Origin: an uncultured archaeon
Lineage (GTDB): Archaea > Altiarchaeota > Altiarchaeia > IMC4 > SCGC-AAA252-I15
Length of the DNA: 64,000 nucleotides
Assembly (NCBI GenBank): GCA_902384455.1
Contig: CABMCB010000018.1
Span: forward strand, 1 to 64,000
Reading direction: 5' to 3'
The notes under the pieces are model-generated. The model did no database searches. It saw nothing but the letters and a program-made list of their open reading frames with translations, and was not told where the DNA came from. The position numbers and the translations under genes were made by a program. Below, in pieces: positions 21,863 to 31,812 of this stretch (its first letter is position 1; every line of letters starts with the position of its first letter).

Positions 21863-22968
21863 TTTTTCTTATGGGTTTTTCTTTCCAGGAAGTACCATCT
21901 GAGTAGTCCTGTGTTTGTGAACCATGTGCATATTATGTCGCCGAACAGGCCGAATATTAGGACGCTGCTTATGCTTTTTAGGGTGGCTATTTGGGTGAGC
22001 GTTGATGAGACTATGTAGACGACGACCATTACTACGATGGTGCATGTGGTCATTGTTAGTCCTGTGACTACTGCGTCGTCCATTATTTCCATTATTTCTC
22101 CGCCTTTGCGTTTGACTACGCGGGTGGTGAGCATTATGTCTGTGTCCACGCTGTATCCGATTATCATGAGTAAGGCGGCTAAGCTTGATGGTTCGAGGGG
22201 TATGTGGAATATGCTCATTGCGCCAAGCGATATGGCCGCGTCGGATACTGCGGATTGCATTACTGCTATGCTTGGGATTATTTCGCGGAAGGCGATGAAC
22301 ACGACGATTCCCATGAGGATGAATGATATTATGAGGGCCTTTATTCCTTGGTCGCGGAACGTCTGTCCGAGTGTTGCGCCTACTGTGCGGAGGTTGAAGT
22401 TTTTGTATTTGACTGTTACGGGTATGTCTGAGTTGTAGTAGAAGTCTAGGGCGCTCTTTAGTTCGTCCCGGTTTATGTCTATGGCCGTTACCGTCATGTT
22501 GGGTTGCGCGTATGAGACGTCGACTTTCGCCTTAAGTCGCGTGTTTAGTTTGTCGGTTAGGTCTCCGGATGGTTCGTGGGGTACTGTGGCGACGGCCGAG
22601 TCGAATTCCTGAAGGTCCCCCAGTATCGGCTGAAGCAGTCCCACGACTTCGGTGTCGTTGACTGTGGATGTGGTGATTATAGTCAGCTTGTTTTTCCCGG
22701 AGTCTACGTCGAAGCCCTCGTATACTTTTAGTTCAGAGAGGCCTGCGTTGGTGAAAGAGGACTCTATGCTTTTGAGCCCCGCGTCCCCCAGCGGCTTGTC
22801 CGTGAGAATTTCCATCAGCATTCCGCCCTTGAAGTCTATGCCGAAGTCTAATCCGTGAAACGCAACAATCAGTATTGACAGTATGGTGAAGATCGGCGGG
22901 ATGGCAGTCAGCAGCTTGTAGGGGACAACTTTCGTCAAACGCGTGTATAGCCCCTCAGACGAAGACAT
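21859..22968 (-). CDS. secF: Protein translocase subunit SecF
   Basis: GIDFKGG, VGATLG, MIIGYSVDTDIMLTTRV, TWFTN. Confidence 0.93.
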   Translation of the reverse strand: MSSSEGLYTRLTKVVPYKLLTAIPPIFTILSILIVAFHGLDFGIDFKGGMLMEILTDKPLGDAGLKSIESSFTNAGLSELKVYEGFDVDSGKNKLTIITTSTVNDTEVVGLLQPILGDLQEFDSAVATVPHEPSGDLTDKLNTRLKAKVDVSYAQPNMTVTAIDINRDELKSALDFYYNSDIPVTVKYKNFNLRTVGATLGQTFRDQGIKALIISFILMGIVVFIAFREIIPSIAVMQSAVSDAAISLGAMSIFHIPLEPSSLAALLMIIGYSVDTDIMLTTRVVKRKGGEIMEIMDDAVVTGLTMTTCTIVVMVVVYIVSSTLTQIATLKSISSVLIFGLFGDIICTWFTNTGLLRWYFLERKTHKKK

Positions 22969-23021
22969 AGGTAATACTTAAGGGCAACGTTTTAAAAATG
23001 GTTAATACAGGGGTTTTATCC

Positions 23022-23471
23022 ATGCTAAAGAAGGTAATTGTAGGCGGAACATTCGACGGCCTCCACGCAGGCCACCAGCGCATACTTACGGTTGCGGCCG
23101 AAGTGGGTGAATCTGTTATCGTGGGGCTTACGTCTGATGAATTCGCGGGGCGTTTCAGAACCAGATCTCCGTTGCCTTATGCGAAGCGGAAGGCGGCTTT
23201 GGAGAAGTTTCTTGGCAGGTTTAAGAAGCCTCATGAGGTGGTCAAGATTCAGGACAGTTATGGTTTCGCCACTTTGATGGAGGATTTGGAGGCTATTGTG
23301 GTCAGCGAGGAGACTCTTCTTAGGGCTGAGGAAATCAACCACATCCGCTTCAAGAAGGGTCTGCCTAAGCTTGTCATAGTGGTCATTCCTCTTGTTGTCA
23401 CAGGAAACGGCGAGCCAATATCCACGGAGCGCATCAAAAAGGCGGCGGGACGCGGGAAGAAGAGCAGATGA
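23022..23471 (+). CDS. coaD: Phosphopantetheine adenylyltransferase (archaeal)
   Basis: GGTFDGLHAGH, GLTSDEF, IVVSEET, ISTERI. Confidence 0.9.
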   Translation: MLKKVIVGGTFDGLHAGHQRILTVAAEVGESVIVGLTSDEFAGRFRTRSPLPYAKRKAALEKFLGRFKKPHEVVKIQDSYGFATLMEDLEAIVVSEETLLRAEEINHIRFKKGLPKLVIVVIPLVVTGNGEPISTERIKKAAGRGKKSR

Positions 23472-24109
23472 AAGTTGTCGTTTCTGCGGGCCCCACCCGG
23501 GAGTATTTGGATGACGTGAGGTTTTTGAGTAACGGGAGCAGCGGCAAAATGGGTTATGCGATGGCTGCGGAAGCCGCCAAACGCGGGTTTGATGTTGTGG
23601 TTGTTTCAGGCCCTGTTTCTGTTAAGCCTCCCGCAGATGTTCGCGTCGTATCAGTGTCTTCCGCCGAGCAGATGCATAAGGCTGTGATGAAGGAGGTTAA
23701 AGACGCTGATTATTTCATTTCTGCGGCCGCTGTTTCAGATTTTATGCCGGCGGTTAGGGTTGGTGGGAAGAGGAGTAGCGACGGCGTTTGGACTCTTCGT
23801 CTTGTTCCCACAGTCAAGATTGTTTCGGAGGTTGTTAAGCGTTTTCCTCGCGTTAAAGTTGTGGGCTTTAAGGCGGAGCATGGAGTTTCACAGAAGGAAT
23901 TGTTAAGCAGGGCCGGGCGGAGGTTGAGGGAGTATGGGTTGCCGTGGATTGTTGCCAACGACGTTTCAGTTAGCCCTTTTGGAGGAGACTTTACCAAGGT
24001 TTGGGTTTTGGGGGCTGACGGGTCTGTTACTTCCTTTTGCGGAAGGAAACGGGCGGTTGCGTCTCGGGTTTGGGGGGTTCTTCTTTCGGGGGCTCCTCGG
24101 CGGAGATAG
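23468..24109 (+). CDS. coaB: Phosphopantothenate--cysteine ligase (stand-alone CoaB domain)
   Basis: SAGPTREYLDDVRFLSNGSSGKMG, AAAVSDF, VGFKAE, IVANDV. Confidence 0.9.
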   Translation: MKVVVSAGPTREYLDDVRFLSNGSSGKMGYAMAAEAAKRGFDVVVVSGPVSVKPPADVRVVSVSSAEQMHKAVMKEVKDADYFISAAAVSDFMPAVRVGGKRSSDGVWTLRLVPTVKIVSEVVKRFPRVKVVGFKAEHGVSQKELLSRAGRRLREYGLPWIVANDVSVSPFGGDFTKVWVLGADGSVTSFCGRKRAVASRVWGVLLSGAPRRR

Positions 24110-25967
24110 ATTCTGTTTCGCTTAGCATCTGAGTGAGCGTTTTGACGCCCAAACCGAACTGCTCCTGGTTCAGCATGAGGATTAGAAGTATGCAAAATCC
24201 TACCGCGAAGTTTATGTACTTGTTGTGTTCCCCCAGCACAATCTGGCTTACGCTCGCCTGCGGATGAAGCATCACCAAAAACGAAGTCAAAAACAGCAGA
24301 AGACCCATGAGGAAGAGCATGTTTTGCCTAAGATTCTTGCGCGGATGGTATATGAGGATTATAACTCCGACCGAAACAAGGATGAGGTAAAGGTAGGCGA
24401 CGTTGGACGTAATCGTGTATCGCCCCACTGAAGCAAGAAGAGTCAGAAACATGACTAACGCCCCGAAGTGGCTTTTGTTGTTAATGATAATTTCAACCAT
24501 CTTGCGGGGCAAACGAATCAAGTGAACAAACAAGTCGACAACACCAGCAAACCTCATCTTCTCCCGATAATTGCGGTAAATCAAAACAACCGCCGAAAGC
24601 AAAACGCTCGCCACAAGAAAATTAAGCGGCGTATTGTTGGGGTCCCGATAGAAACCCATGAAAAGGCTAATTGACTCAGCCAAAAGAATGAAGAACAAAG
24701 CATCAACCTTATTCCTCCAAAACGAAACGAAAAAAGCCTGAAACACATTAGAAGGCAACTTAGCGCTCTTAATAGGAGCCTGCTTCTGGGACTTCTCCAC
24801 GATTTTACGCTCCAAATCAAGAATCCGCCTGCGGCCAGCAGAATTAATCCGGTACACAGCCGAATCCATCCCCTTGTCTTCAATCGTAATCCAATTGTTC
24901 GCCTCAAGGCTTATGGCCCAACTGTCTATCGTTTCAGGTTCGACAGAAAGCAGCCGAGACGCACCTTTCCGGTCTATGACGTTCAGGTTAAGAAGAAGCG
25001 CCAAAAGCTCGTTTCCTGCGATTTTACTGCTTAACACGGCAGTCACCGTCTGCTCTCCCTGCTCAGAGGGCCCCTCAACTTTTTCCCCCTTCTTCTTAAC
25101 AACTTCATGAAGCCCCTCTTTGACTTCTTTAGCTGCCGCCTTAGAAGGCGCTAACGATGCGGCAGAATCAGCCGCCTTGGACGCGGCAGTAATGGGAGCT
25201 TCCACCGCAGCCTTAATCTCCTTATGCTCTGCCGCAGTAGTTTTGCCGCCACCTTCTTCTTTGACCTGCGCCGCATGCTTTTTCTGGGGCGCACTTTTGG
25301 GCTTTGCGCCAAATACGCCCTTAATGCGCGCAAGAAGCGAGGGCCGCACTTTCTTTTCTGCCATGCCCGCAGGAAGGAGCTTTTCTTTTGAGCCTTCAAT
25401 CAGCAGTTCTTTTGGGGCTGAAATAAAGACTTTCTTTTCATTTACGGCCGCCTTTTTTGGTTTCTGCGCGGCTTCTTCTGCTGCGGCTTTTTCTTTTTTT
25501 GACTCTTTTTTTTGCGTGAGGTCTATGGGGGTTTCTACTGCTTCCGTTGGGAAATCCCTGAAGTGATTTGCCGGCTTTTTCTGCAGTCCCGAGAAAAGGT
25601 GGCTTATTCTTGTGGAGAATGACGCGCTTGATGGCTTGGCTTTGGGGGCGGGCGGCATTTGTTGCTCGGCCTTTTTTTCTTCTTCTTCTTTTGCCTCTTT
25701 TTTCTTCGGCTTTTCCTCGGCGGGCTTTTTGTTTTTTTCCGGCGGCTTCTCTTTCTTTGATTCTGGTTTTTGCGCCGTAAGAAGCGGGGTTTCAAGCGCT
25801 TCTTCGGGGAAGTCTCTGTAGCCGGCGGGTTTTTTGCCAAACTGGGGGATTATGTTTCTAAGACGCGCAGATATGGGCGCAGAGGGCCTCTTTGGCTTGG
25901 TTGCTTTAGAAGATGGTTCCGCCTGTTTTTTGGCGTCCTTTTTTTCGGCGCCCTCTCCCGCAGCCAT
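24027..25967 (-). CDS. Hypothetical membrane protein: Lys/Glu-rich repeat N-terminus, wHTH-like middle, multiple C-terminal TM helices
   Basis: 646-aa ORF with an internal RDFPxEAxETP repeat and a hydrophobic C-terminal third; its 3' end overlaps coaB. Confidence 0.7.
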   Translation of the reverse strand: MAAGEGAEKKDAKKQAEPSSKATKPKRPSAPISARLRNIIPQFGKKPAGYRDFPEEALETPLLTAQKPESKKEKPPEKNKKPAEEKPKKKEAKEEEEKKAEQQMPPAPKAKPSSASFSTRISHLFSGLQKKPANHFRDFPTEAVETPIDLTQKKESKKEKAAAEEAAQKPKKAAVNEKKVFISAPKELLIEGSKEKLLPAGMAEKKVRPSLLARIKGVFGAKPKSAPQKKHAAQVKEEGGGKTTAAEHKEIKAAVEAPITAASKAADSAASLAPSKAAAKEVKEGLHEVVKKKGEKVEGPSEQGEQTVTAVLSSKIAGNELLALLLNLNVIDRKGASRLLSVEPETIDSWAISLEANNWITIEDKGMDSAVYRINSAGRRRILDLERKIVEKSQKQAPIKSAKLPSNVFQAFFVSFWRNKVDALFFILLAESISLFMGFYRDPNNTPLNFLVASVLLSAVVLIYRNYREKMRFAGVVDLFVHLIRLPRKMVEIIINNKSHFGALVMFLTLLASVGRYTITSNVAYLYLILVSVGVIILIYHPRKNLRQNMLFLMGLLLFLTSFLVMLHPQASVSQIVLGEHNKYINFAVGFCILLILMLNQEQFGLGVKTLTQMLSETESISAEEPPKEEPPKPETQPPVSFRKRK

Positions 25968-26033
25968 AAAAGGAATTAGGGGTCGCTGAATATAACTGAG
26001 GAAAAAGCGACCGTACGCTTCCTGAAGGCCGCC

Positions 26034-27125
26034 TTATGGCAGCAGGTTGCCGCTGTTGATTTTCTCTGGTAGGTATTCTTCGGCTACGAACTCCAAGCTT
26101 TTGCTGGCGAGCGCCTGCTGCTCAATCCTCACGCCTTTGTCCGTCATGAGTTTGAGCTGCTCGCGCCACTCCTTCTTCTGGAACCACGGGTACATCAATA
26201 GCTCGTTTATTCTCTTCTTGTCCAGGTCCTTCAGCTTCTCCGTCACCTTCTCCAGGCCGTAAGTGTCTATGTCCGTCATGGTCATGCCGACGTACCTGGC
26301 TTCGGGGGTTCCAAGCCGGAGGCTTTCGTGGGCTAACGCCATGCTTCCTGCTTTAACGACGCTATAAATGTAGTACCCCCATGGGTCTCCGTCTGTGAAT
26401 ACGATTATGGGGAGCTTCTTTTCCTTGTGGATTCGGTTCACCAGGCGGCGGCATCCGCGGGCGGCCTGACCTTTGGTGGAAATCATGATGCAGTTGTTTT
26501 TAGTGTGGTATTTCTCTTCGACTAGGCGGTCGAACATGGCGGCCGTCTCTATGACTAGCACGTATTCTGCTTTCACGTCCTTGAATTTGTAGTGCTCGAC
26601 TATGCTTGGTATGGCTAGTCCGCTTCTGCCTAGTTTGTTGCAGTCTATGAAGTCTCCGCTGTCTTCTATGACTATGTTTCCTATTATCGTCCCTTTGTCG
26701 TCGGCCTTGAGGTGGAGTTCTTCCCTTAGCACTTCGAGGCTTGTTTCCAGGTCGACGATAAGCGGGTCGCTTTCGCTTTGGTCTTCGAAAGTGTTTTCCT
26801 TTGTGTTGGCGATTGTGTGCTTCAGCTGGTAATACAACTCTCTGATGCTGGCGGTCTTGTCGCGTTCCACAAGCTCCTTCGCCTTGCCGGCGATAATCAT
26901 CGTCTGCATGAACTTTCGGCTGTGAGCGAGGTTCAAGAAGTTTCTGCTGCTCTTCTTGTCGCCCAGACGCAGAAGATTCTCAGTCTTGTCGAAGACTACG
27001 TTGTTTAGGCCGCGCTGCGGCACCTTCATTTTTGGGGCTTTGCCGGCGTGTACGTCTGCTGTTATTTCCTCGCCTAGTCCCTTGAGTTTTGATACGACTT
27101 CCTTCCTTCGTTTTTGCATGTCCAT
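26034..27125 (-). CDS. top6A: DNA topoisomerase VI subunit A
   Basis: SIRELYY (catalytic Tyr), FEDQSESD, VIET, FTDGDPWG, EQQAL. Confidence 0.96.
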   Translation of the reverse strand: MDMQKRRKEVVSKLKGLGEEITADVHAGKAPKMKVPQRGLNNVVFDKTENLLRLGDKKSSRNFLNLAHSRKFMQTMIIAGKAKELVERDKTASIRELYYQLKHTIANTKENTFEDQSESDPLIVDLETSLEVLREELHLKADDKGTIIGNIVIEDSGDFIDCNKLGRSGLAIPSIVEHYKFKDVKAEYVLVIETAAMFDRLVEEKYHTKNNCIMISTKGQAARGCRRLVNRIHKEKKLPIIVFTDGDPWGYYIYSVVKAGSMALAHESLRLGTPEARYVGMTMTDIDTYGLEKVTEKLKDLDKKRINELLMYPWFQKKEWREQLKLMTDKGVRIEQQALASKSLEFVAEEYLPEKINSGNLLP

Positions 27126-27128
27126 TGT

Positions 27129-28781
27129 TTAAGCCTCCTTGTCCTCCACGAAGGTTTCCTGCGGCAGCTCCTCTTCAGAGCCCTCCTCCATTTCCTGCTC
27201 CAAATCCTCCATGCGCAGTTTCTCGCGGATGAGGTGGTCGAGGGCCTTAAGCAGCTTGGGGGAATCCCCGTCTTTCTCTATCAGCCTTGCGAGCGCCGGC
27301 GCCAGCTCTGTGCTGTACTTGAGTAGGGTGTTGAGTTTCGCCTCCTTCTCTATCTCATGACGCATGTGGCTGTGGTATAGCTGGAACTTTCTGCCTACGT
27401 CCATCAAAGCGAACCTTATTTCCTTGACGACTTCCTCGTCTGAGGCCACACTTTGCTTTCCTGCGCTAGTATAGGGGACGTGGGTGGAAACGAGGTTTAC
27501 GACCAAAGTCACGGGGCTGTTTTCGAAGTCCTTTATGTCGTAGCGCTTCCAGTCGATGCTTTGGACGGCTTCGGTCAAGGCGCACCCTCCCGCGTCAAAC
27601 AACAGCGGCGCGCGGTTGGCGAACCTCATGACCTCGGACTTGGTCTGGCCGTCGCCAAGTATCCGCCCTGCTTTTCCGCCGTATGCTATGGCGACTTCCA
27701 CCTGGAAGGGTATTCCGCCCGAGTGAACAGTCGGCTTTCTTGTGACGACGGCCTCGAATTCGGGTTCGAGCACGTTGAGTATTGACTTGCGGATTATTTC
27801 CTCCCCCAAAGGAGACAGTCCTTCTGTGGGCGGAGCCATGAACTCCACTTTTTCGAAGGCTTTTACTATTTCTTCGGCTTCCGCCCACTGGAGCCTGTGG
27901 GGGTTCTTTTTCATGTCGAAGTTTACGAGCTCCTGGATTTCCGCGACTTTCGCCGCGCTTATGCGGGAGAAGTCGCTCATCAAGAAGCTGCTGACGCGCC
28001 TTGCCTCAGTCACCTTCGCTAGCGTAATGAACTGGTCCACATCCATCCCCTTAGGATGCTGCTTTTGAGGCTGAGGCGGCTTTATGACTGTGTTTGTGGC
28101 GCGGTTGAATATCGTCTTCCTGCCTTCAGGGTCGATGAACACTATTTTGGCGTGCGGGTTGGCGACTGCTGTGCGCCGTATGTACTCGTAAGGGCCGCCT
28201 TCGCGCAAAGTGAACTGGACTCCTTTGACTTCGCCTTCAAGTTCGGTTCCCCGCCAGTACTCCGAGTATGTGCCGGTTTCGATTATGTCGGCTTTGTTTT
28301 TTGAGACGTCTATGAGGAGCTTTATGTCGTTGACTGTGCCGTCGCCGGTGCTTGTGCGTATGCGCATGGGCTTGCCGGTGGTCATCTGGCAGTACAGGGT
28401 TACTCCCGCGACGCCTATTCCCTGTTGGCCCCTTAGTTGCACGTTTCTGTGGAATTTTGTTCCCGCAAGCATCTGGCCGAATACGCCTTCTATGTGTTTG
28501 CGCGGTATGCCTGGGCCGTTGTCTTGGCATATGAAGCGGTAGTGGTCTTCGCCCATTTGTTTGATTTCGACTGTGACTTCGGGCAGTATTCCGGCTTCTT
28601 CGCATGCGTCTAGGCTGTTTGTGACTACTTCGTGTATTATGGTGGTGAGGCTTCTTAGTTTGCCGGCGTATCCGAGGTGGGCTTTGTTTTTCCTGAAGAA
28701 TTCGGTTACTGAGACTTCTCTGAACTCCTCGAACAGTTTGTCTGCGCTTTTGACTGGTATCGTTTCTTCTGCTTCCGCCAT
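27129..28781 (-). CDS. top6B: DNA topoisomerase VI subunit B
   Basis: GHKL motifs EVVTNSLDA, DNGPGI and RGQQGIG; RFANRAPLL; VPYTSAGKQ. Confidence 0.96.
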   Translation of the reverse strand: MAEAEETIPVKSADKLFEEFREVSVTEFFRKNKAHLGYAGKLRSLTTIIHEVVTNSLDACEEAGILPEVTVEIKQMGEDHYRFICQDNGPGIPRKHIEGVFGQMLAGTKFHRNVQLRGQQGIGVAGVTLYCQMTTGKPMRIRTSTGDGTVNDIKLLIDVSKNKADIIETGTYSEYWRGTELEGEVKGVQFTLREGGPYEYIRRTAVANPHAKIVFIDPEGRKTIFNRATNTVIKPPQPQKQHPKGMDVDQFITLAKVTEARRVSSFLMSDFSRISAAKVAEIQELVNFDMKKNPHRLQWAEAEEIVKAFEKVEFMAPPTEGLSPLGEEIIRKSILNVLEPEFEAVVTRKPTVHSGGIPFQVEVAIAYGGKAGRILGDGQTKSEVMRFANRAPLLFDAGGCALTEAVQSIDWKRYDIKDFENSPVTLVVNLVSTHVPYTSAGKQSVASDEEVVKEIRFALMDVGRKFQLYHSHMRHEIEKEAKLNTLLKYSTELAPALARLIEKDGDSPKLLKALDHLIREKLRMEDLEQEMEEGSEEELPQETFVEDKEA

Positions 28782-28801
28782 GATAAATTGCCTCTAAATA
28801 G

Positions 28802-29350
28802 TTACGTGGGGGGATTAATAAATGGTGGCTCTCCGCGCCGTCTCTCGCTTGCGGTCTTCTCCAGGAATCGGTATACTCCGCTGTGGGGCGCGCCTTCAAG
28901 AAGAAGCTCCACGCAGTGGACTGCTGAATCGACGGCTTCGTAACCGCCTATTAGGGCTACTGTCTTGCCGTATACTGAGACCAGCGCCCCCGAGTCTTTT
29001 TCTATTATCTTGCGGGTTTTGCCTTCTTTCCCTATTATGCGGCCTTTAATGCGCAGGAGCGATTTTTCCGACAGGTCAGACAGCGACATCACGACGATTG
29101 TCGTGTCGTCTGCAAGGAGGGTCATAGCGTTTTTTGGAGAGAATCCTCGGGCTATAGCCTGAACTATGTTCTGGGCCTTAAGCGCGCCCAACCCTTCGCC
29201 TTCGACCGTAACAGCGTTGTTTTCAATGTTGATGGATGTGCCGGTGCTCTTTTCAATGTACCTCTTAGTCTTGCCTCCTTCTCCTATTAGGGCGCCAACG
29301 CGTTCTTCCGGTATCAGGACAAAATCCATACGCATAGTTATGGTCGCCAC
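28802..29350 (-). CDS. KH-domain pre-rRNA processing protein (Dim2/Pno1)
   Basis: Two GxxG KH loops (IGEGG, IGKEG), AIARGFSP, GAPHSGVY; canonical position before top6B. Start may be 29329. Confidence 0.9.
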   Translation of the reverse strand: MATITMRMDFVLIPEERVGALIGEGGKTKRYIEKSTGTSINIENNAVTVEGEGLGALKAQNIVQAIARGFSPKNAMTLLADDTTIVVMSLSDLSEKSLLRIKGRIIGKEGKTRKIIEKDSGALVSVYGKTVALIGGYEAVDSAVHCVELLLEGAPHSGVYRFLEKTASERRRGEPPFINPPT

Positions 29351-29385
29351 CGTATTTTAATCCAGTCCCGAAAGCACTAACCGAC

Positions 29386-30402
29386 ATGCCCCACGAAGCC
29401 GCGCTGTACGAGAAAAACGAGGGCAACGCAGTCCGATGCAGGCTCTGCGCCCACAGGTGTTTGGTACAGGAGGGGAAGCGCGGGGTCTGCGGCGTAAGAG
29501 GGAATGAAGGAGGCAAACTTTACGCCTTGTCTTACGGCAAAATTATTTCAAGCGCAATAGACCCAGTTGAAAAAAAGCCGCTCTTCCATTTTCTCCCCGG
29601 CACCCGCATATACAGCATAGCGGGGGTAGGATGCAACTTCAGATGCAAATTCTGCCAAAACTGGGAAATAAGCCAGCACCTTAGGCTCGGCGGAGACATA
29701 ACAGGCGAAGAGACGACGCCCGAGGAAGTTGTGGAGGCGGCCGCGCAAACCCAATGCAAGAGCATTGCGTTCACTTACACTGAGCCCACAATTTTCCATG
29801 AGTTCAACGTGGACGTCATGAAGCTCGCAAAAAAGAGGGGTTTGAAGACGGCGTACGTAAGCAACGGATTCATAACCCCTGAGGCGGTTACCGAATTGTC
29901 TGGTCTTCTTGACGCGGTGAACGTTGACATCAAGGCATTCACAAATGATTTTTACGTGAAGATTTGCGGCGCCACCCTTGAGGGGGTCCTTGAGGGCTGC
30001 AGGCAGTACAGGAAAAACGGCGTCTGGCTGGAGATTACTACGCTTGTGATACCAGGCCAAAACGACGACGACGCGCAGCTGACAGGCATCGCCAGGTTCA
30101 TTGCCGAAGAGCTTGGAGCGGATGTCCCGTGGCATGTGACCGCGTTCCACCCGGACTACCAGATGAAAGACGTTCCTGCTACACCTGTTGAAGCGCTTCA
30201 GAAGGCGTACGACATAGGCAAGAAGGCGGGGTTGCGCTACGTCTACGCCGGAAACATCCCTCACACTGAAGCAGAAAACACTTTATGCCCCAAATGCCAA
30301 ACCCTCCTCATAGAACGCGACTATTACGCCATAAAGAAAAACGCTCTTAAAGTCGGCGCGTGCCCCCGCTGCAGCACGAAAATAGCGGGCGTATGGAAAT
30401 AA
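29386..30402 (+). CDS. amrS: AmmeMemoRadiSam system radical SAM enzyme
   Basis: CRLCAHRC, DPVEKKPLFHF, CNFRCKFCQNWEISQ, FTYTEP, FHPDY, YVYAGN. Confidence 0.92.
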   Translation: MPHEAALYEKNEGNAVRCRLCAHRCLVQEGKRGVCGVRGNEGGKLYALSYGKIISSAIDPVEKKPLFHFLPGTRIYSIAGVGCNFRCKFCQNWEISQHLRLGGDITGEETTPEEVVEAAAQTQCKSIAFTYTEPTIFHEFNVDVMKLAKKRGLKTAYVSNGFITPEAVTELSGLLDAVNVDIKAFTNDFYVKICGATLEGVLEGCRQYRKNGVWLEITTLVIPGQNDDDAQLTGIARFIAEELGADVPWHVTAFHPDYQMKDVPATPVEALQKAYDIGKKAGLRYVYAGNIPHTEAENTLCPKCQTLLIERDYYAIKKNALKVGACPRCSTKIAGVWK

Positions 30403-30459
30403 GGCGCATGCCGGCAGAATAAGGCACGTATTTTACGTCCTTTCCCCTATTTCAGGTTG

Positions 30460-31812
30460 ATGGAGAATCTTCTTGCTCGCATTCTAGAAAAAATAACCCC
30501 CACACAGGAGGAAAGAAAAAAAGAAGCCGCGTTAATCGAAAATATTATGCGGGAGATAAGACACGCAGAACCGGAAGGAGAACCTCTGCTTGTGGGGTCG
30601 CTCGCCAAAGACACGGACCTTAGCGGAAACAAAGACATAGACATATTCGTAACATTCGACCCCAGCGTCCCAAGAAGCGACCTGGAAAAACGCGGCCTAA
30701 AGATGGGGAAAAAGGTCGTGAAGGCATTGGGCTCAGAACCCGAGATAGACTACGCAGAACACCCCTACGTGAAGGGAGTCTTAGAGGGTTATGTCGTCGA
30801 AATTGTGCCTTGCTACAGGGGCCCGAAGATTCAGTCTTCCGTCGACCGCACACCCTACCACACCCAGCACATCAAGAAGAAGCTTTCTGAAAAGCCGGGT
30901 CTTAGGGAGGACATTCGCCTGATGAAGCAGCTCATGAAGGCGTGCGGCGTCTACGGCGCGGAAAGCAAAGTAGAAGGATTCTCAGGGTACCTCACGGAAC
31001 TCATCGTAATCCACTACGGAGGATTCCTTGGAACAGTGGAAGCCGCATCCAACTTATGGAAATACGGGCTCGCAATAGACTCCGAAAAGCACTGGGACAA
31101 GCCAGAAAACCTGAAGCATTTCTTCCCAAACTCGCCCTTAATCGTCGTAGACCCCGTCGACAAGGACCGAAACGTCGCGGCGGCGGTGAGCAAGCAGAAG
31201 ATGGCGGAATTGATGGTCGCATGCAGGGACTTCCTCACAAAACCATCTGAAGAATCGTTCTTCCCAAAGAAAGAGCATCCGCCCACGAAGGAGGCGCTTA
31301 AGGCCCGCATCAAAGAGAGGGGGACTCTTCTTGTCGCCGTTGAAATCACCCACCCTAAACTCAACGAAAACATGCTTTACAGCCAGCTGCGCAGGACGCT
31401 TGTGGGACTTGAAACGCACATAAAGGAATTCGACTTCACCATATTCAAAACTGACGTCTGGACTGACGAAAAAACAAAAAGCGCTTTGCTTCTTGAGATG
31501 ACCGTGTGGGAGCTTCCGCAAGTAATGCGGGTGTACGGGCCGCCTGCGGACAGCAACAAGGAGGACCAGCTGAAGTTCTATGAAAAATACAAGGCGTATC
31601 GTCCTTACGTCAGCGAAGGCCGTTGGATGACTGATGCGCCGCGCCCGGTGAAAACGGTTCAGAAGGCGGTGGAGTTTGCGTTGAATGAACGGCGGGGGTT
31701 TGGGAAAAACCTGCAGGACGCCCAGTTAAAAACGCATTACTTGGAAGATGTCCTCAAATTGTCTGAAGACGACGGGTACAAGATGTTTCTAGGGAAATTC
31801 CTCAGAGCATGA
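30460..31812 (+). CDS. cca: CCA-adding tRNA nucleotidyltransferase (archaeal class I)
   Basis: GSLAKDTDL..DIDIF, YAEHPY, SSVDRTPYH, GFSGYL, DPVD..RNVAAAVS. Confidence 0.95.
   Translation: MENLLARILEKITPTQEERKKEAALIENIMREIRHAEPEGEPLLVGSLAKDTDLSGNKDIDIFVTFDPSVPRSDLEKRGLKMGKKVVKALGSEPEIDYAEHPYVKGVLEGYVVEIVPCYRGPKIQSSVDRTPYHTQHIKKKLSEKPGLREDIRLMKQLMKACGVYGAESKVEGFSGYLTELIVIHYGGFLGTVEAASNLWKYGLAIDSEKHWDKPENLKHFFPNSPLIVVDPVDKDRNVAAAVSKQKMAELMVACRDFLTKPSEESFFPKKEHPPTKEALKARIKERGTLLVAVEITHPKLNENMLYSQLRRTLVGLETHIKEFDFTIFKTDVWTDEKTKSALLLEMTVWELPQVMRVYGPPADSNKEDQLKFYEKYKAYRPYVSEGRWMTDAPRPVKTVQKAVEFALNERRGFGKNLQDAQLKTHYLEDVLKLSEDDGYKMFLGKFLRA

Noticed and set aside
24027-24109. 83-bp convergent overlap of coaB and the membrane protein gene
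   Set aside because: It involves only non-conserved tails, which is common in compact genomes.
30398-30430. Short direct repeat AATAAGGC twice after amrS
   Set aside because: Only 8 bp and two copies, so too weak to interpret.
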